A stretch of 48,487 nucleotides of DNA, taken from positions 1 through 48,487 of IMG/VR virus record IMGVR_UViG_3300012862_000042. One strand, written 5' to 3'. The stretch comes from a virus (taxonomy: Duplodnaviria; Caudoviricetes). How positions within the stretch are numbered: the first letter of the stretch is position 1; each line of letters opens with the position of its first letter. Of this stretch, positions 37,743 through 47,755 are shown piece by piece. Position numbers and translations under genes: made by a program. The notes below the pieces were generated by a model. The model searched no databases and was not told where the DNA came from. It saw only the letters and a program-made list of their open reading frames with translations.

Positions 37743-40337
37743 TTAAAAAGGTATTCCATCGTCATCCTCACCTATATCAACATTAAGCTCACCTGAAAAA
37801 ACATGATACCTAGCATTTATTCCTTGTATCTTTCGTTGAATCCCTAACTGAAAACCAACGCCGTTTCGTTCGCAGTAATCCCGTACAGCGGCCATTAATC
37901 GTTTTTTTGACAACTTATATCTTTCTTTCAAAGATGTGACATGATCGTCGTATTGTTTTTGGAATTCATCAGTCCTAATCCATCCCTTTTCAAAACCAAG
38001 CTCCTTGTTGATCCAGTGCTGGATATTATCACTAATAAAATCATAATTATCCTCACCGTACATATTAATGAATTTTTTCACCCATCCATCATCACTCAGT
38101 CTGGTAGGGCTAAGCTTACCGTCGTTGGATAAATTGACCTGTATACAATGGATAACAAAATCATCAAAACCTTTCCAATCCTCTTTTGTCCATGTTCCCT
38201 CCATACCCTTGGATGGGAAAAGTTTTCCATGGACACCATCAACACCGCCGTTTTTCGTGTAGTAATCAGTGAACTCGATCGGAATGATACGGCGCTTCAA
38301 CCCGCCGTCGAGATCAGCGTAACTATAATTGGTATTTATGACTACCTTTGGCGTCTGATCGATGCTAACTGATATTTCCCTATCATACTTTTTATTCACC
38401 AACGGGTTTTCAACAGCATTCTTAAGGAAAAGCCAATCCACAACCTTCGGGATATCCGGAATAAAGTAAACCCTATCCGAAGGCTTCCATACAGCAAAGA
38501 ACTTGTCATCCCATTTAACCATACTACCACTTGCGGTACTGACTCCGATCATATTGGAAAGGACGTTCACGAAGATGTTCTTACCTGATCCCCCGCCATC
38601 CTTTGGATCCATAACCATTTCAGTAAGCACGGCAATGTAAATACGTGCTGGTGAATTGTAGTCGTGGCAAAGCCAGCCGATCACATTCTTTACATGTTCC
38701 TGCACCGACCTTCCGGTTGGATCTGTTGAATTGGTCAAATAAAGCTGATATAATTTTGAGGGAGCTACCTCGGTGTTGTATTCGCGACTCATGATCTTAT
38801 CAGACCAGATCATACCGTCTAATTCATCATAGGATTTTATCCTAATGTTATTGGAAGTTATCTGTATAAAACAATTTGAATAGAATTTATAACACGTATC
38901 CGCAGTATCTGACAACACTTCTTCATCAGTAAATGCAGGAAGTCTCTTATCGGTTATAAACTTCCCATAGGTCTTGAGGAATTTTTCGTAAGCAGCTCTT
39001 ATCTCGGTGCTATCATCTTCATCATCAACTTTAATGTAGGCCTTCATCATATCATAAAGGAATACGTCATCCACCTTCTCCACAAACTTATCATTGATCT
39101 GTACGACATTATTGAAATAGGACCTGAATCCGAGCGAAGCGGCCACATGTATGAAGTTTTCAATATTGATGACCCAATCTCGATCTTTGTTCATTTCCCA
39201 GAAATGACCATATGGATGGTTATCATAATGCGCCTTTGCCATCTGTGCGTGAAGTTCCTTAGCTTCATCACTAAAGTTTTCCGGAATCTTGGACCCCTGA
39301 ATAGCTGCTTTTTTAATCACAGCCTGCTCAACTGACCGCTTCACCTGACCATATCCATTATCTACCAAATGGCGGAATGTCAATTTCTTATCTCCATTGA
39401 ACTTAAATTCTGCCAAAATTGATGCTGGATTATACCCTTGCTCACTTTTAAGATCGGTGGATGTGGTAAAGATATAGAACACTCGTTTGGATTGGTTATA
39501 GGACGCAGATACCCCATTTTCTTTCCCAGGACGGGTGAACCAAATAAACCTATTGTTCTGATAAGGTTTTACCTTCCACCCGAATTCCTCCATCAGAGCA
39601 ATAGGGTCACATGTTTGGTTGAAGTCCTCGAATGGGTTGGTTGTGTACCAATCATCCTCTTTTTTGGTCGGGCGAGGTGTGGGCTCGACCTTTACTATCC
39701 TATCGTAGGACTTACATAAATTGATCAATCCACAGCGCTCCTCCCATGTCAGCAGGGGAATAGGCACATCCTGAACAATTGAATACCCCATGCTTGGCGG
39801 ATAAAGGAAATAACCTCCCTCACCACGGGTTTCAAGGAAGTTTACAGTACGTGAAGGTCTTTTAGCCCCTTTTTTAATATCCGAATCAACTTCCTCTTGG
39901 GTCTTTTCCCTCCCAGCCAACTTTTGACTACCAGGCACATCGCCGTCCTCAATACGGTATATTAAATGCCTGCCTCCGGAAGGGGTAGCATGAATCCGTA
40001 ATAGTGGGTATATATGTGGGTACATCTCTGCGATATCCTTAAGCAGTAGAGCCTCAACTCCTGGCTCATACTTGCTGTCGACGTCTATCAATTCCAACCT
40101 ACCTGAGATTTCTCCGGTAATAGCTGCAACTGCAGTAGTATCATATGTCTGCATTGCCTGCCACAGCTCACCTTTATCCATCCTTTGGGACTGAAGGTGC
40201 TTCCACTTAAATAAGCAGGGATCTTTTGCATTCTTGCTGCCTACTGTCCTATCATAAACAGGCATGATAGATATACCATCTTCGATAAGGGATTCCACGC
40301 TTGCCCAAACGGAAGCTAATTTCGTTTCGTTGCTCAT
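37743..40337 (-). CDS. bifunctional primase-polymerase + helicase-like ATPase
   Basis: Prim-Pol motifs ELIDVD, TPSGGRH, ETRGEGGY; C-terminal GGGSGKN, INTN, LKRRIIPIEF. Confidence 0.9.
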   Translation of the reverse strand: MSNETKLASVWASVESLIEDGISIMPVYDRTVGSKNAKDPCLFKWKHLQSQRMDKGELWQAMQTYDTTAVAAITGEISGRLELIDVDSKYEPGVEALLLKDIAEMYPHIYPLLRIHATPSGGRHLIYRIEDGDVPGSQKLAGREKTQEEVDSDIKKGAKRPSRTVNFLETRGEGGYFLYPPSMGYSIVQDVPIPLLTWEERCGLINLCKSYDRIVKVEPTPRPTKKEDDWYTTNPFEDFNQTCDPIALMEEFGWKVKPYQNNRFIWFTRPGKENGVSASYNQSKRVFYIFTTSTDLKSEQGYNPASILAEFKFNGDKKLTFRHLVDNGYGQVKRSVEQAVIKKAAIQGSKIPENFSDEAKELHAQMAKAHYDNHPYGHFWEMNKDRDWVINIENFIHVAASLGFRSYFNNVVQINDKFVEKVDDVFLYDMMKAYIKVDDEDDSTEIRAAYEKFLKTYGKFITDKRLPAFTDEEVLSDTADTCYKFYSNCFIQITSNNIRIKSYDELDGMIWSDKIMSREYNTEVAPSKLYQLYLTNSTDPTGRSVQEHVKNVIGWLCHDYNSPARIYIAVLTEMVMDPKDGGGSGKNIFVNVLSNMIGVSTASGSMVKWDDKFFAVWKPSDRVYFIPDIPKVVDWLFLKNAVENPLVNKKYDREISVSIDQTPKVVINTNYSYADLDGGLKRRIIPIEFTDYYTKNGGVDGVHGKLFPSKGMEGTWTKEDWKGFDDFVIHCIQVNLSNDGKLSPTRLSDDGWVKKFINMYGEDNYDFISDNIQHWINKELGFEKGWIRTDEFQKQYDDHVTSLKERYKLSKKRLMAAVRDYCERNGVGFQLGIQRKIQGINARYHVFSGELNVDIGEDDDGIPF

Positions 40338-40347
40338 AGGTTAGTTG

Positions 40348-41847
40348 TTATCGTAATTGGATATCCGCAAATTCTATTGGTGATGCCCCGATCATTTTCT
40401 TTTGGTGGTCCGCCCAACTTGGCTTGTACCCCATAGCCGCAGTAAAGGCGTCAAGGAAACCTTGCTTCAATTGTTCCTGCGCCCTAGCCACACGGGCAGC
40501 AAAGGGTTGTTTCTTTTTCATCTTTGCATAAATCGCGAGTTCGTTTGGAGTAAGCTGACTGATAGTCCGCCCAACAAGATTTGTGTAATGGGACGTTACC
40601 TCCACCAATTCCCCCTGCTCCAACTCTTTTTCGGTAAGCGGGCGCTCATGACCACAGTATTGGCAGATCCTCACGCTAGCAGGGATAATCGATTCGCATG
40701 ATGGACAAAGTGCCACAGGAGCAACACCTTCCCCTCGCTTTTTTCGTTTAGTAACTTCCCACATCTTGTCCCATTCTCTGTCCTCAAAGTACAAACCGTG
40801 CCTCTCCCAATTACCGCCGTAATCAAGTACTGTAAAGTGAGACTTAACTTGCCTACCGTCCGCGGACCAAACAGGGCGGCTCCCGCGGCCAATCATCTGT
40901 AAGTAAAGCGGCAAACTGGTAGTTGCACGGTTAAGTATCACCAAATCGACTTGCGGTAGATCGAAACCTTTCGTCAAACTTGCAACGCTGACACAGATAT
41001 TCGCTAAACCAAGTTCAGTAAATTTTGCTAGTTGATACGCGGAGTTCTCAAGCTGCGAATGGTACTCGATCGACGCGAACCCTTCAGCATGCAGTCTCTC
41101 ATTCATTTCTCTTGCATGCTTGATCGATGCGACGAAAATCATACATTTAGAGAATGAGCGGGAACGAAGATCATCGAATATTCCATCATAAACAGCGGAA
41201 GTGCCGAAAGCTGCATTCTGCGATGCTTCGGTATATTCACCATTACGCATTTCGAGAATGTCAGTATCTGCCTTGGTGCGTGCCATGTGTTGGTAGCTAC
41301 AAAGAAATCCCTGTTGGATTAATTCATCAACCTGGCAACAAACCACACATGAGTTGTATAGTTCTGGTAAATGTTTTGCAACACGAGCGTCTGGAGTAGC
41401 GGTAAATCCTAGTATATATGGATTACTGGCTTCAATTAAACGCCGGATAATATTGGACGGTGTACCAATATGAGCTTCATCTATTATAATGAGCGGAGGG
41501 AATTCCAATGCCGCAAGTTGTTCGATAATCAGCGGTCTGCGGGTTAGCGTTTGTGCCATAGCTATATACAACTTGCCCCCTCGGATGTGAACGTGTTTTT
41601 CTCCATTCGCTATCTGTTTTCCCCCAGCTTCATTGATGATCTGGTCAAAAATTTTGGTAGTTTCGCTTATTATCACAACTGCACGGCCGTTTTCAATTGA
41701 CCTTCGGGCAACTTCTATAAACATCTTCGTCTTGCCTGATCCCGTTGCGGCACATGCAATAACTCGGCGGTGATCACGCAATCCGCGTGCAAGGTTATTA
41801 ATGAAATCGGTTTGGTAAGGTCTAAGGGTAAAATTAACCTGCTTCAT
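40348..41847 (-). CDS. SF2 DEAH helicase with Zn finger
   Basis: ATGSGKT, DEAH, TATP, QMIGRGSR, CPSC..CQYC. Confidence 0.93.
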   Translation of the reverse strand: MKQVNFTLRPYQTDFINNLARGLRDHRRVIACAATGSGKTKMFIEVARRSIENGRAVVIISETTKIFDQIINEAGGKQIANGEKHVHIRGGKLYIAMAQTLTRRPLIIEQLAALEFPPLIIIDEAHIGTPSNIIRRLIEASNPYILGFTATPDARVAKHLPELYNSCVVCCQVDELIQQGFLCSYQHMARTKADTDILEMRNGEYTEASQNAAFGTSAVYDGIFDDLRSRSFSKCMIFVASIKHAREMNERLHAEGFASIEYHSQLENSAYQLAKFTELGLANICVSVASLTKGFDLPQVDLVILNRATTSLPLYLQMIGRGSRPVWSADGRQVKSHFTVLDYGGNWERHGLYFEDREWDKMWEVTKRKKRGEGVAPVALCPSCESIIPASVRICQYCGHERPLTEKELEQGELVEVTSHYTNLVGRTISQLTPNELAIYAKMKKKQPFAARVARAQEQLKQGFLDAFTAAMGYKPSWADHQKKMIGASPIEFADIQLR

Positions 41848-42154
41848 GTAAAACCTCCCTTCCCTTAATAGCTAAGTAAAGTCTCCAATACATCATATTT
41901 CGCTCAACCCCTTTTAGGTTATCGATAAATCCGCAATCTTTCTTTGCTAGATCGATCAATCGGGAATCCTGTGAAGTAATGGACCAAATCCGCAACTTGG
42001 TTTCAGTTGCATCTGGAACACTTGATTTGGTAATGAATTTGACGTAGGCTTCGCAATGGTTGCACACTTGTTTGATGTGTGGACCAGAGAATACAAATTT
42101 TGCCTCGTCTGTCGCACCGCAATGCGGACAATCGTAAGGTTTCAATAAGTTCAT
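41834..42154 (-). CDS. zinc-finger protein
   Basis: CPHC...GPH...CNHC. Confidence 0.7.
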   Translation of the reverse strand: MNLLKPYDCPHCGATDEAKFVFSGPHIKQVCNHCEAYVKFITKSSVPDATETKLRIWSITSQDSRLIDLAKKDCGFIDNLKGVERNMMYWRLYLAIKGREVLHEAG

Positions 42155-42283
42155 AATAAATTGCATTAAACAAGGCGGGAGGATTGCCGTCCTAAATCCC
42201 GCCTTGCGATGTTTCCAAAATTAGCGAATCGGAAACATTTAAACAAAAAAAATTTGGAGTTTATCCGGCATTAGCTGGCTTGA

Positions 42284-42661
42284 CTAGAACGGCAGATCGT
42301 CGTCGTCTGGAGCGCTTGCAGCATGCTCAGCGATATTAACTGCCGGTTGACTTGCGATAGGTGATGCAGACGGAGTATTAACACCTGTCTTAGCTAATTT
42401 CCAAGCGACAAGCGAGTTGAAATACGAAGTTACACCATCCTTGTTTGTCCAAGGTCTCCCGCGAAGATTAAAGTCCACCGTTACACCATCGCCTTGCTTT
42501 AGGTTGTCGAATAAGGTAACCTTGTCTTGCGTAGCTTCCATTTTGATGTATTCGGGGTACTGAGGGTTTTCCGATACCACCACGATCAAATCGCGTTTCT
42601 TGAATGAGTCCGATACCTGTTGAGTTGCACCTACTTCGTGCACGAATCCTGAAATTTGCAT
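42284..42661 (-). CDS. DUF3127 family SSB-like protein
   Basis: FKKRDL, FNLRGRPW, YFNSLVAWK, acidic tail DDDLPF. Confidence 0.88.
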   Translation of the reverse strand: MQISGFVHEVGATQQVSDSFKKRDLIVVVSENPQYPEYIKMEATQDKVTLFDNLKQGDGVTVDFNLRGRPWTNKDGVTSYFNSLVAWKLAKTGVNTPSASPIASQPAVNIAEHAASAPDDDDLPF

Positions 42662-42668
42662 GTTCTTA

Positions 42669-43088
42669 TTATTTATTTTGATTATTTAATTCATTAATTA
42701 ATTCGGCAACCTGTGCCTGTTGGGTTAGAGAAAGACAATAGAACGTATCCACTATGGAAATAATGTCATACTGCATTTCCTCGATTGCCTGCTTTCCCGA
42801 TTTCTTGAAGTGTACCTGATTAATAATCGAATTCACTTCTTTCATTGCCTCGATCGCAATTGTTGATTTTTCGACGATGTACTGAACGGAATCAATGAAC
42901 CTAGGTGTTGACAATCCCGCGATCTGCACGAGCTTCGGTGTCATCCTTACCTGTGATGCGTATTCGCGGAGTGAGTTCTCAAAATGCTCTGCGCTATTGA
43001 GTAGGCTGATGGCAGCCTTGAACTGAGGAATGAATTGCATTGGCACGACGTTTCCTGCGATATTGGCATTGAATTTTATTGCGTTCAT
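42669..43088 (-). CDS. hypothetical protein
   Basis: ATGA overlap in early operon. Confidence 0.7.
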   Translation of the reverse strand: MNAIKFNANIAGNVVPMQFIPQFKAAISLLNSAEHFENSLREYASQVRMTPKLVQIAGLSTPRFIDSVQYIVEKSTIAIEAMKEVNSIINQVHFKKSGKQAIEEMQYDIISIVDTFYCLSLTQQAQVAELINELNNQNK

Positions 43089-43705
43089 ACCAAATCCTCC
43101 AATCTTACTGGGATATAGTTTACGTTCTTTAAAACCTTACCATCTTCTTTACGATATACAACGGTTTGCTTTTCTCTTAACGTGGTGGTTACCTCGATAC
43201 CTTTGCCTTTGTAATATTGGATGGTCGCATCAATTTCGGCTCGATTATGGCAGAATTTGCTCATATTGCTTAAATGAACTCGTTTAAGTGCTTCCTTGAA
43301 GTTTTCAAGGGTGAAACCGAAGGCGTACGCTAAACAATAAACTGATTCATTTATCATATCACAATCTTTTGAATTGACAATTGAAAGCAGTTCCATGTTA
43401 TCCTTAATGATAAGATCCTTACTCTGAAAACTTTCCCAAGCATCATAATCAGATTCATGGATAGCATCATCCTGAACCCACCCCTCTGCATTCGCCGTAC
43501 CATCATTAACATATTTGATATCGCACAGCGCATCCAACATCTCAACTCGGTTATTATCTACGATAGCGTACTGTAGCTCACGGATTTCCTCGCGCAAAAG
43601 ATTATCACGGAAATCGTATTCATCCTTTGTTAGCTCGCGCGGAGTGTCACTTACTGGCTGACCACTTGCTAGTTGAAATTCTTTTACTAATTCTTGGTAA
43701 TTCAT
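43085..43705 (-). CDS. MazG/PRA-PH-like NTP pyrophosphohydrolase
   Basis: EEIREL, EMLDALCDIKYV, VHLSNMSK, DGKVLK. Confidence 0.85.
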   Translation of the reverse strand: MNYQELVKEFQLASGQPVSDTPRELTKDEYDFRDNLLREEIRELQYAIVDNNRVEMLDALCDIKYVNDGTANAEGWVQDDAIHESDYDAWESFQSKDLIIKDNMELLSIVNSKDCDMINESVYCLAYAFGFTLENFKEALKRVHLSNMSKFCHNRAEIDATIQYYKGKGIEVTTTLREKQTVVYRKEDGKVLKNVNYIPVRLEDLV

Positions 43706-43790
43706 TCCCTTTCCTTCCAATATTTATAATCTCAAGTAGCGGCAATCACGGTAGCAATTACCACTACAACAATTTTCCAAATGATGTGCA

Positions 43791-44954
43791 TTACGCTGCT
43801 TTCTTCTTAGTAGCTCGTGCTACGGCTTTATACTTCGGTTCGTACGTCACATCCTCGTGAGATATCATTTCCCCGGTCGATTTCGCTTGACGTTCTGCAA
43901 AGGTTACCATGCTATCAAGTTTCACCTTCCCCAACTCCTGCGCGGGAATACCTGCATTGGTTAGGTAGTAATCCACAACCGCACGCCAGCCATCCACCGA
44001 CCCAACAGTTATTGAGTATGATTCAATTGCACGCGGAGCGTCAACTTCACGGTTTGCCTGCGATACCATAACGGTTACAGTAGCTTGTTGCTTTTCCTTT
44101 TCCGCTTGTTCGGCTGCGCGTATTTCGGCTTCTTTCCTTGCATTTTCGGCTTCTTCTTCCTGTTTTCTTGCCAACTCCGCCGCTTGTGCACTTTCTTGCT
44201 CTCCACGTTCCAATTCTTCCTTTCGGGCAGGAAATAGAGTAAGGATATATTCTGCATATTTGGTTACTTCGGAAGTAAAGTGAGACGAGCACACGGCAAA
44301 GCGTTCTTCAGTACGCACTTCGTCCACAAGGGATGCATCGCCAACCAACGTTATCGCACTCCATGCTTCCTCGGAAAGCGTACCGCCGATAAACCCGAGA
44401 ACGGCTGATTCCGCTTCTTCTATCTGCTCCAGCGTTGTGTTACTATATACCTGAAGAATAGTTTGCTTGACGTTTGCAAGGTGATTTGCGTACCCCGAAC
44501 GTAATTGAGATTCCAATTCTGCAATAGCATCAATTCTGCGCTGTTTCTCACGTAATTCGGCTTCTTCTTTTTCACGAGCGGCCGCAGCTTCCTGAGCATG
44601 GATCTTTGCAGAACAGTCGCGTACGTGCTGGATAGTTTCGTACAATTCTTTACCCAAAGTATTTTCAAGTGCTGTAAATTCCTTGATGAAAGCATGCGCT
44701 TTGTCTGTATAAACCGAACGCGTTTCATTCATAAACTTTACAGCTTTCTTTGCGGATACCTGCCAGTTCATCAATTCATCATCCAGATCCTTTGGTAATT
44801 TTTCTCCTGCTTCGGTAGCACGTTCCAAGAGCGCACTATGCTTCACGCGATACTTACCCAACATTTCAACTGATGTTGTATATACTGATCCTGCACTTTG
44901 CAAGTCAGATTGTGACAGGGATATTATCCCCACCTTGTTTTCTTGTGTTGACAT
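43791..44954 (-). CDS. coiled-coil phage protein in recombination cluster
   Basis: Long helical ORF; ATG 44954 (MSTQENK) preferred. Confidence 0.7.
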   Translation of the reverse strand: MSTQENKVGIISLSQSDLQSAGSVYTTSVEMLGKYRVKHSALLERATEAGEKLPKDLDDELMNWQVSAKKAVKFMNETRSVYTDKAHAFIKEFTALENTLGKELYETIQHVRDCSAKIHAQEAAAAREKEEAELREKQRRIDAIAELESQLRSGYANHLANVKQTILQVYSNTTLEQIEEAESAVLGFIGGTLSEEAWSAITLVGDASLVDEVRTEERFAVCSSHFTSEVTKYAEYILTLFPARKEELERGEQESAQAAELARKQEEEAENARKEAEIRAAEQAEKEKQQATVTVMVSQANREVDAPRAIESYSITVGSVDGWRAVVDYYLTNAGIPAQELGKVKLDSMVTFAERQAKSTGEMISHEDVTYEPKYKAVARATKKKAA

Positions 44955-44958
44955 GATT

Positions 44959-46059
44959 TTAAAATGGTAATGGTTCTGAACTTGGTTCTTTAACTGCGAC
45001 TGGTGCAACCGGCGACGGTCTGCGAGTTTCTGATAATTCCATCTGTGGAGTAGCATGGCCGAACTTGCGTCCTACGAATTCGGAAATACCTTCTCTGCGC
45101 ACAACCTGCGACAACCCCTCTGAACGATCAGCGATGGATAACACCCCGCCGATAGTTGTGTACACCTTTCGCTCTGCTTTACTAGCGTAACGGATATCCG
45201 CCAATGTAAGAACGGCATCTACTTCCTCTCGGCTCACGTCGCCCGTCCAATCCTTAAGATTGTAGGTAGGCACATCGCCAGTCCATTCCTTTGGTGCCCA
45301 ATTGAAAGCTGCATCTAATGGAAGATCCGGAAAGTTTTCTTCCCATAGTTGGCGCTCTGCTTCAATTTGAATACCGTTGGTTCGGTAAAAACCGTGACGG
45401 CCCGATTTGAAATTGATGATGGCACGAACCTCTTTGTCAACTTTGCATTCTCTAGATTGACCTTTACGAGGTCCTGATTTGTACGGATCGCTTTCATCGA
45501 AACCATCTACTTGAATGGTCATGTTGCACACTAGATCGATTAATGTTCCATAGCCACGATCTGACAGGAGAACGAATTCGATCCCCAGTGGCTTTACTTT
45601 ATAATCAAAAAAGAATTGACAGAAAGCCGCCATGTCACTGCGCAATTTCTCCGCCCAACCATTACATTCGGGTTGGTAGAAGTTCTCGGCGGAAAGGTAA
45701 TCTTCCACCACTTGCTCAGTTGCGGAAAAATCATAGCTACCATTGATCAACCATTTGCCTATCTCAAGGTGAAGTAGGGTGCCGTAATTCTGCGCGACTT
45801 CCAACAAACGGGCAGCCTCTTGTCTGCCATGCTTGATATACCAATCCAAAAGACCATCCTCCATAGGAGCGCACTGCGAAATCGCCGTAGTTAACGAAGT
45901 GTAAAGCCTCAATGGCGATTCCACCGGAGCCCCATCTTGGTTAAGACGGATGTATGCGCGTCCCTGACCGAAATTCACACGCCCTACCTTGTAGGATGGT
46001 AAGCGAAGTGCATCTTCGCGAAACCAATCCGTGTGTATTTGTTCGAATGTTATAGCCAT
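44959..46059 (-). CDS. PD-(D/E)XK exonuclease-like protein
   Basis: GTLLH, E...GTLID...INFKSG...Q pattern. Confidence 0.7.
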   Translation of the reverse strand: MAITFEQIHTDWFREDALRLPSYKVGRVNFGQGRAYIRLNQDGAPVESPLRLYTSLTTAISQCAPMEDGLLDWYIKHGRQEAARLLEVAQNYGTLLHLEIGKWLINGSYDFSATEQVVEDYLSAENFYQPECNGWAEKLRSDMAAFCQFFFDYKVKPLGIEFVLLSDRGYGTLIDLVCNMTIQVDGFDESDPYKSGPRKGQSRECKVDKEVRAIINFKSGRHGFYRTNGIQIEAERQLWEENFPDLPLDAAFNWAPKEWTGDVPTYNLKDWTGDVSREEVDAVLTLADIRYASKAERKVYTTIGGVLSIADRSEGLSQVVRREGISEFVGRKFGHATPQMELSETRRPSPVAPVAVKEPSSEPLPF

Positions 46060-46880
46060 TATTTAACCTCCTCCACTTCTACGTCCTCGACAACTTCACT
46101 TGCCGCGTCAGACTGACCAACAGCCAGCTGCTTAGCCCCAGCCAAGATCGCCCCGCTCGTAATCATGTTGGTTGTGATGCGATTCATTTCACCACCTGCT
46201 TCTACATATCCGCGCACAGCTTCGATAGTTTCCTCAGTGAAATTTGGAACAAGCTTCACAATTGGGTAATTCTTTGCCATTCCTGGAGTATAGGACTGAA
46301 CCTTTTCAACTACCAATGAGAATGGGAAACCAATAATACTACCTGATCTTTCCATTACCATATCGAAAGCTTTAACAATGCTAGGAATGGTGGTTTCCTT
46401 TGCTTTTGTTTCAAATGTCCAATATCCTAGCACACCTTTCATCTTCAATAATACAAAGCGAAGCGTTAGTGTTTGCGCCCATAGTTTACCAAGTGCCTTA
46501 ACTTTAGGATCGTTTTTATGTAATCCTGACTCATATTCTCCCTTGCCCTCTTTCCCGCCTGTCGGATTCCATACAGTGAAAGTTTCACCATCTCCATAAC
46601 CTAATCTTTTGCCTTTATCCCAAGCCTCGAAACGTTCATTGCACACCTCGCTGATATTATTCGATACGAAAGCGATGTGAAGTTCATTAGGTTTTTCGCC
46701 CATGAGCGATGTGAATTGATTTGCGAATTTTCCAGTGGCCCGGAAATAATCCAATGAAGTAGGAAAACCTTTGTCGGATTTCATGCCTACTTTAATTCTG
46801 CCGATTTCTGGAAGGGTGCTTCCTTGTTGCACCTCCATTTTTTGCCCGTCTTTGTCGAGCTTTAAAATACGTCCGTTCAT
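46059..46880 (-). CDS. phiC31 gp3/RDF-like family protein (probable recombination/annealing function)
   Basis: LPEIGRIKVG...PTSLDYF, LRFVL, GYWTFETK pattern; upstream of exonuclease. Confidence 0.6.
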   Translation of the reverse strand: MNGRILKLDKDGQKMEVQQGSTLPEIGRIKVGMKSDKGFPTSLDYFRATGKFANQFTSLMGEKPNELHIAFVSNNISEVCNERFEAWDKGKRLGYGDGETFTVWNPTGGKEGKGEYESGLHKNDPKVKALGKLWAQTLTLRFVLLKMKGVLGYWTFETKAKETTIPSIVKAFDMVMERSGSIIGFPFSLVVEKVQSYTPGMAKNYPIVKLVPNFTEETIEAVRGYVEAGGEMNRITTNMITSGAILAGAKQLAVGQSDAASEVVEDVEVEEVK

Positions 46881-46929
46881 AATAAATTACATTTTTGATG
46901 TTAACACTGATTAAGGGTTGCCGCCCCAT

Positions 46930-47040
46930 TCACGCAGACATTGCTGCCTTTATTTCTCTCAATTCTTTTATTGCTTCTCTAACCTCACTAAGCAGACCGT
47001 TTGCCAGCTTTAGTAATTCTGTTTTTTCTGATTTGCTCAT
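46930..47040 (-). CDS. 36 aa coiled-coil peptide (MSKSEKTELLKL...KAAMSA)
   Basis: Read manually; overlaps the end of the xis-like gene. Confidence 0.35.
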   Translation of the reverse strand: MSKSEKTELLKLANGLLSEVREAIKELREIKAAMSA

Positions 47041-47350
47041 TTTCTCTTTCGATTTGGTGTTTGATTAAATCGCCTGCCTCCATTAGCGAGTCAAGTTCAG
47101 CCCTGCTAATCCTGAAAGACCCGTTCCCCTCGCTATGATCTTTCAAATCGCCTTCTTCAATCCACTTATCTACAATCCTTCTTGACCCTGCAATCTTATA
47201 GGCTTCGGCTTTACTGATGTAAGGCTTCAATTGTCCTGTCAGTGTTGCCAGTTCAATTGCGGTCTGCTTTGAAACAGACCGAATGAACCGCGCTAAGATG
47301 GATTGATCCTCAACAAGTGTAATATCTTTATCACTTATTAACTTTATCAT
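46988..47350 (-). CDS. excisionase-like HTH protein
   Basis: YISKAEAYKI..SRRIVDKWIEEGDL...RISRAEL. Confidence 0.65.
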   Translation of the reverse strand: MIKLISDKDITLVEDQSILARFIRSVSKQTAIELATLTGQLKPYISKAEAYKIAGSRRIVDKWIEEGDLKDHSEGNGSFRISRAELDSLMEAGDLIKHQIERENEQIRKNRITKAGKRSA

Positions 47351-47570
47351 CTAATCTCCATGCCCGAAAATTACCTTTTGGACTGTTCGGGTCTTTTTTA
47401 ACTGTAAAACGTTTGTTGATTTTAAGATCCTTGTTATGGAAGTGCTTACTGACGATACATCGAACCGATTTAGCTAGCTTGCTTTCCACCGCGATTGAAC
47501 CATTGACCGGCAATTGATCCAATCTATCGCGCCAGGACATAGGCGCAACTGAATTTGTTAAATCCTCCAT
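47331..47570 (-). CDS. first early gene (Cro-position DNA-binding protein)
   Basis: Divergent from cI; 79 aa basic. Confidence 0.6.
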   Translation of the reverse strand: MEDLTNSVAPMSWRDRLDQLPVNGSIAVESKLAKSVRCIVSKHFHNKDLKINKRFTVKKDPNSPKGNFRAWRLDDKVNK

Positions 47571-47627
47571 AGGCGAAACAGAATTATTAGGTTATAAGAA
47601 TAAAAAATTGAGCAGATGTTAAATTTC

Positions 47628-47740
47628 TTTTGCATTTGACACACTTTTAATTATATTTGTTTGACTTTGACAAGACAAATGTAAAATGAATATTTATCAT
47701 TTGCAAATATTTTTTATCATTTGTACAATATTTTTTGCAA
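47628..47740. promoter_or_regulatory. lysis-lysogeny switch: opposing promoters and operators
   Basis: + strand TATATTTG 47652-47659; - strand TACATTTG 47683-47676; TTATCATTTG at 47694 and 47714. Confidence 0.65.
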
Positions 47741-47755
47741 AAACACACTTAAAAC

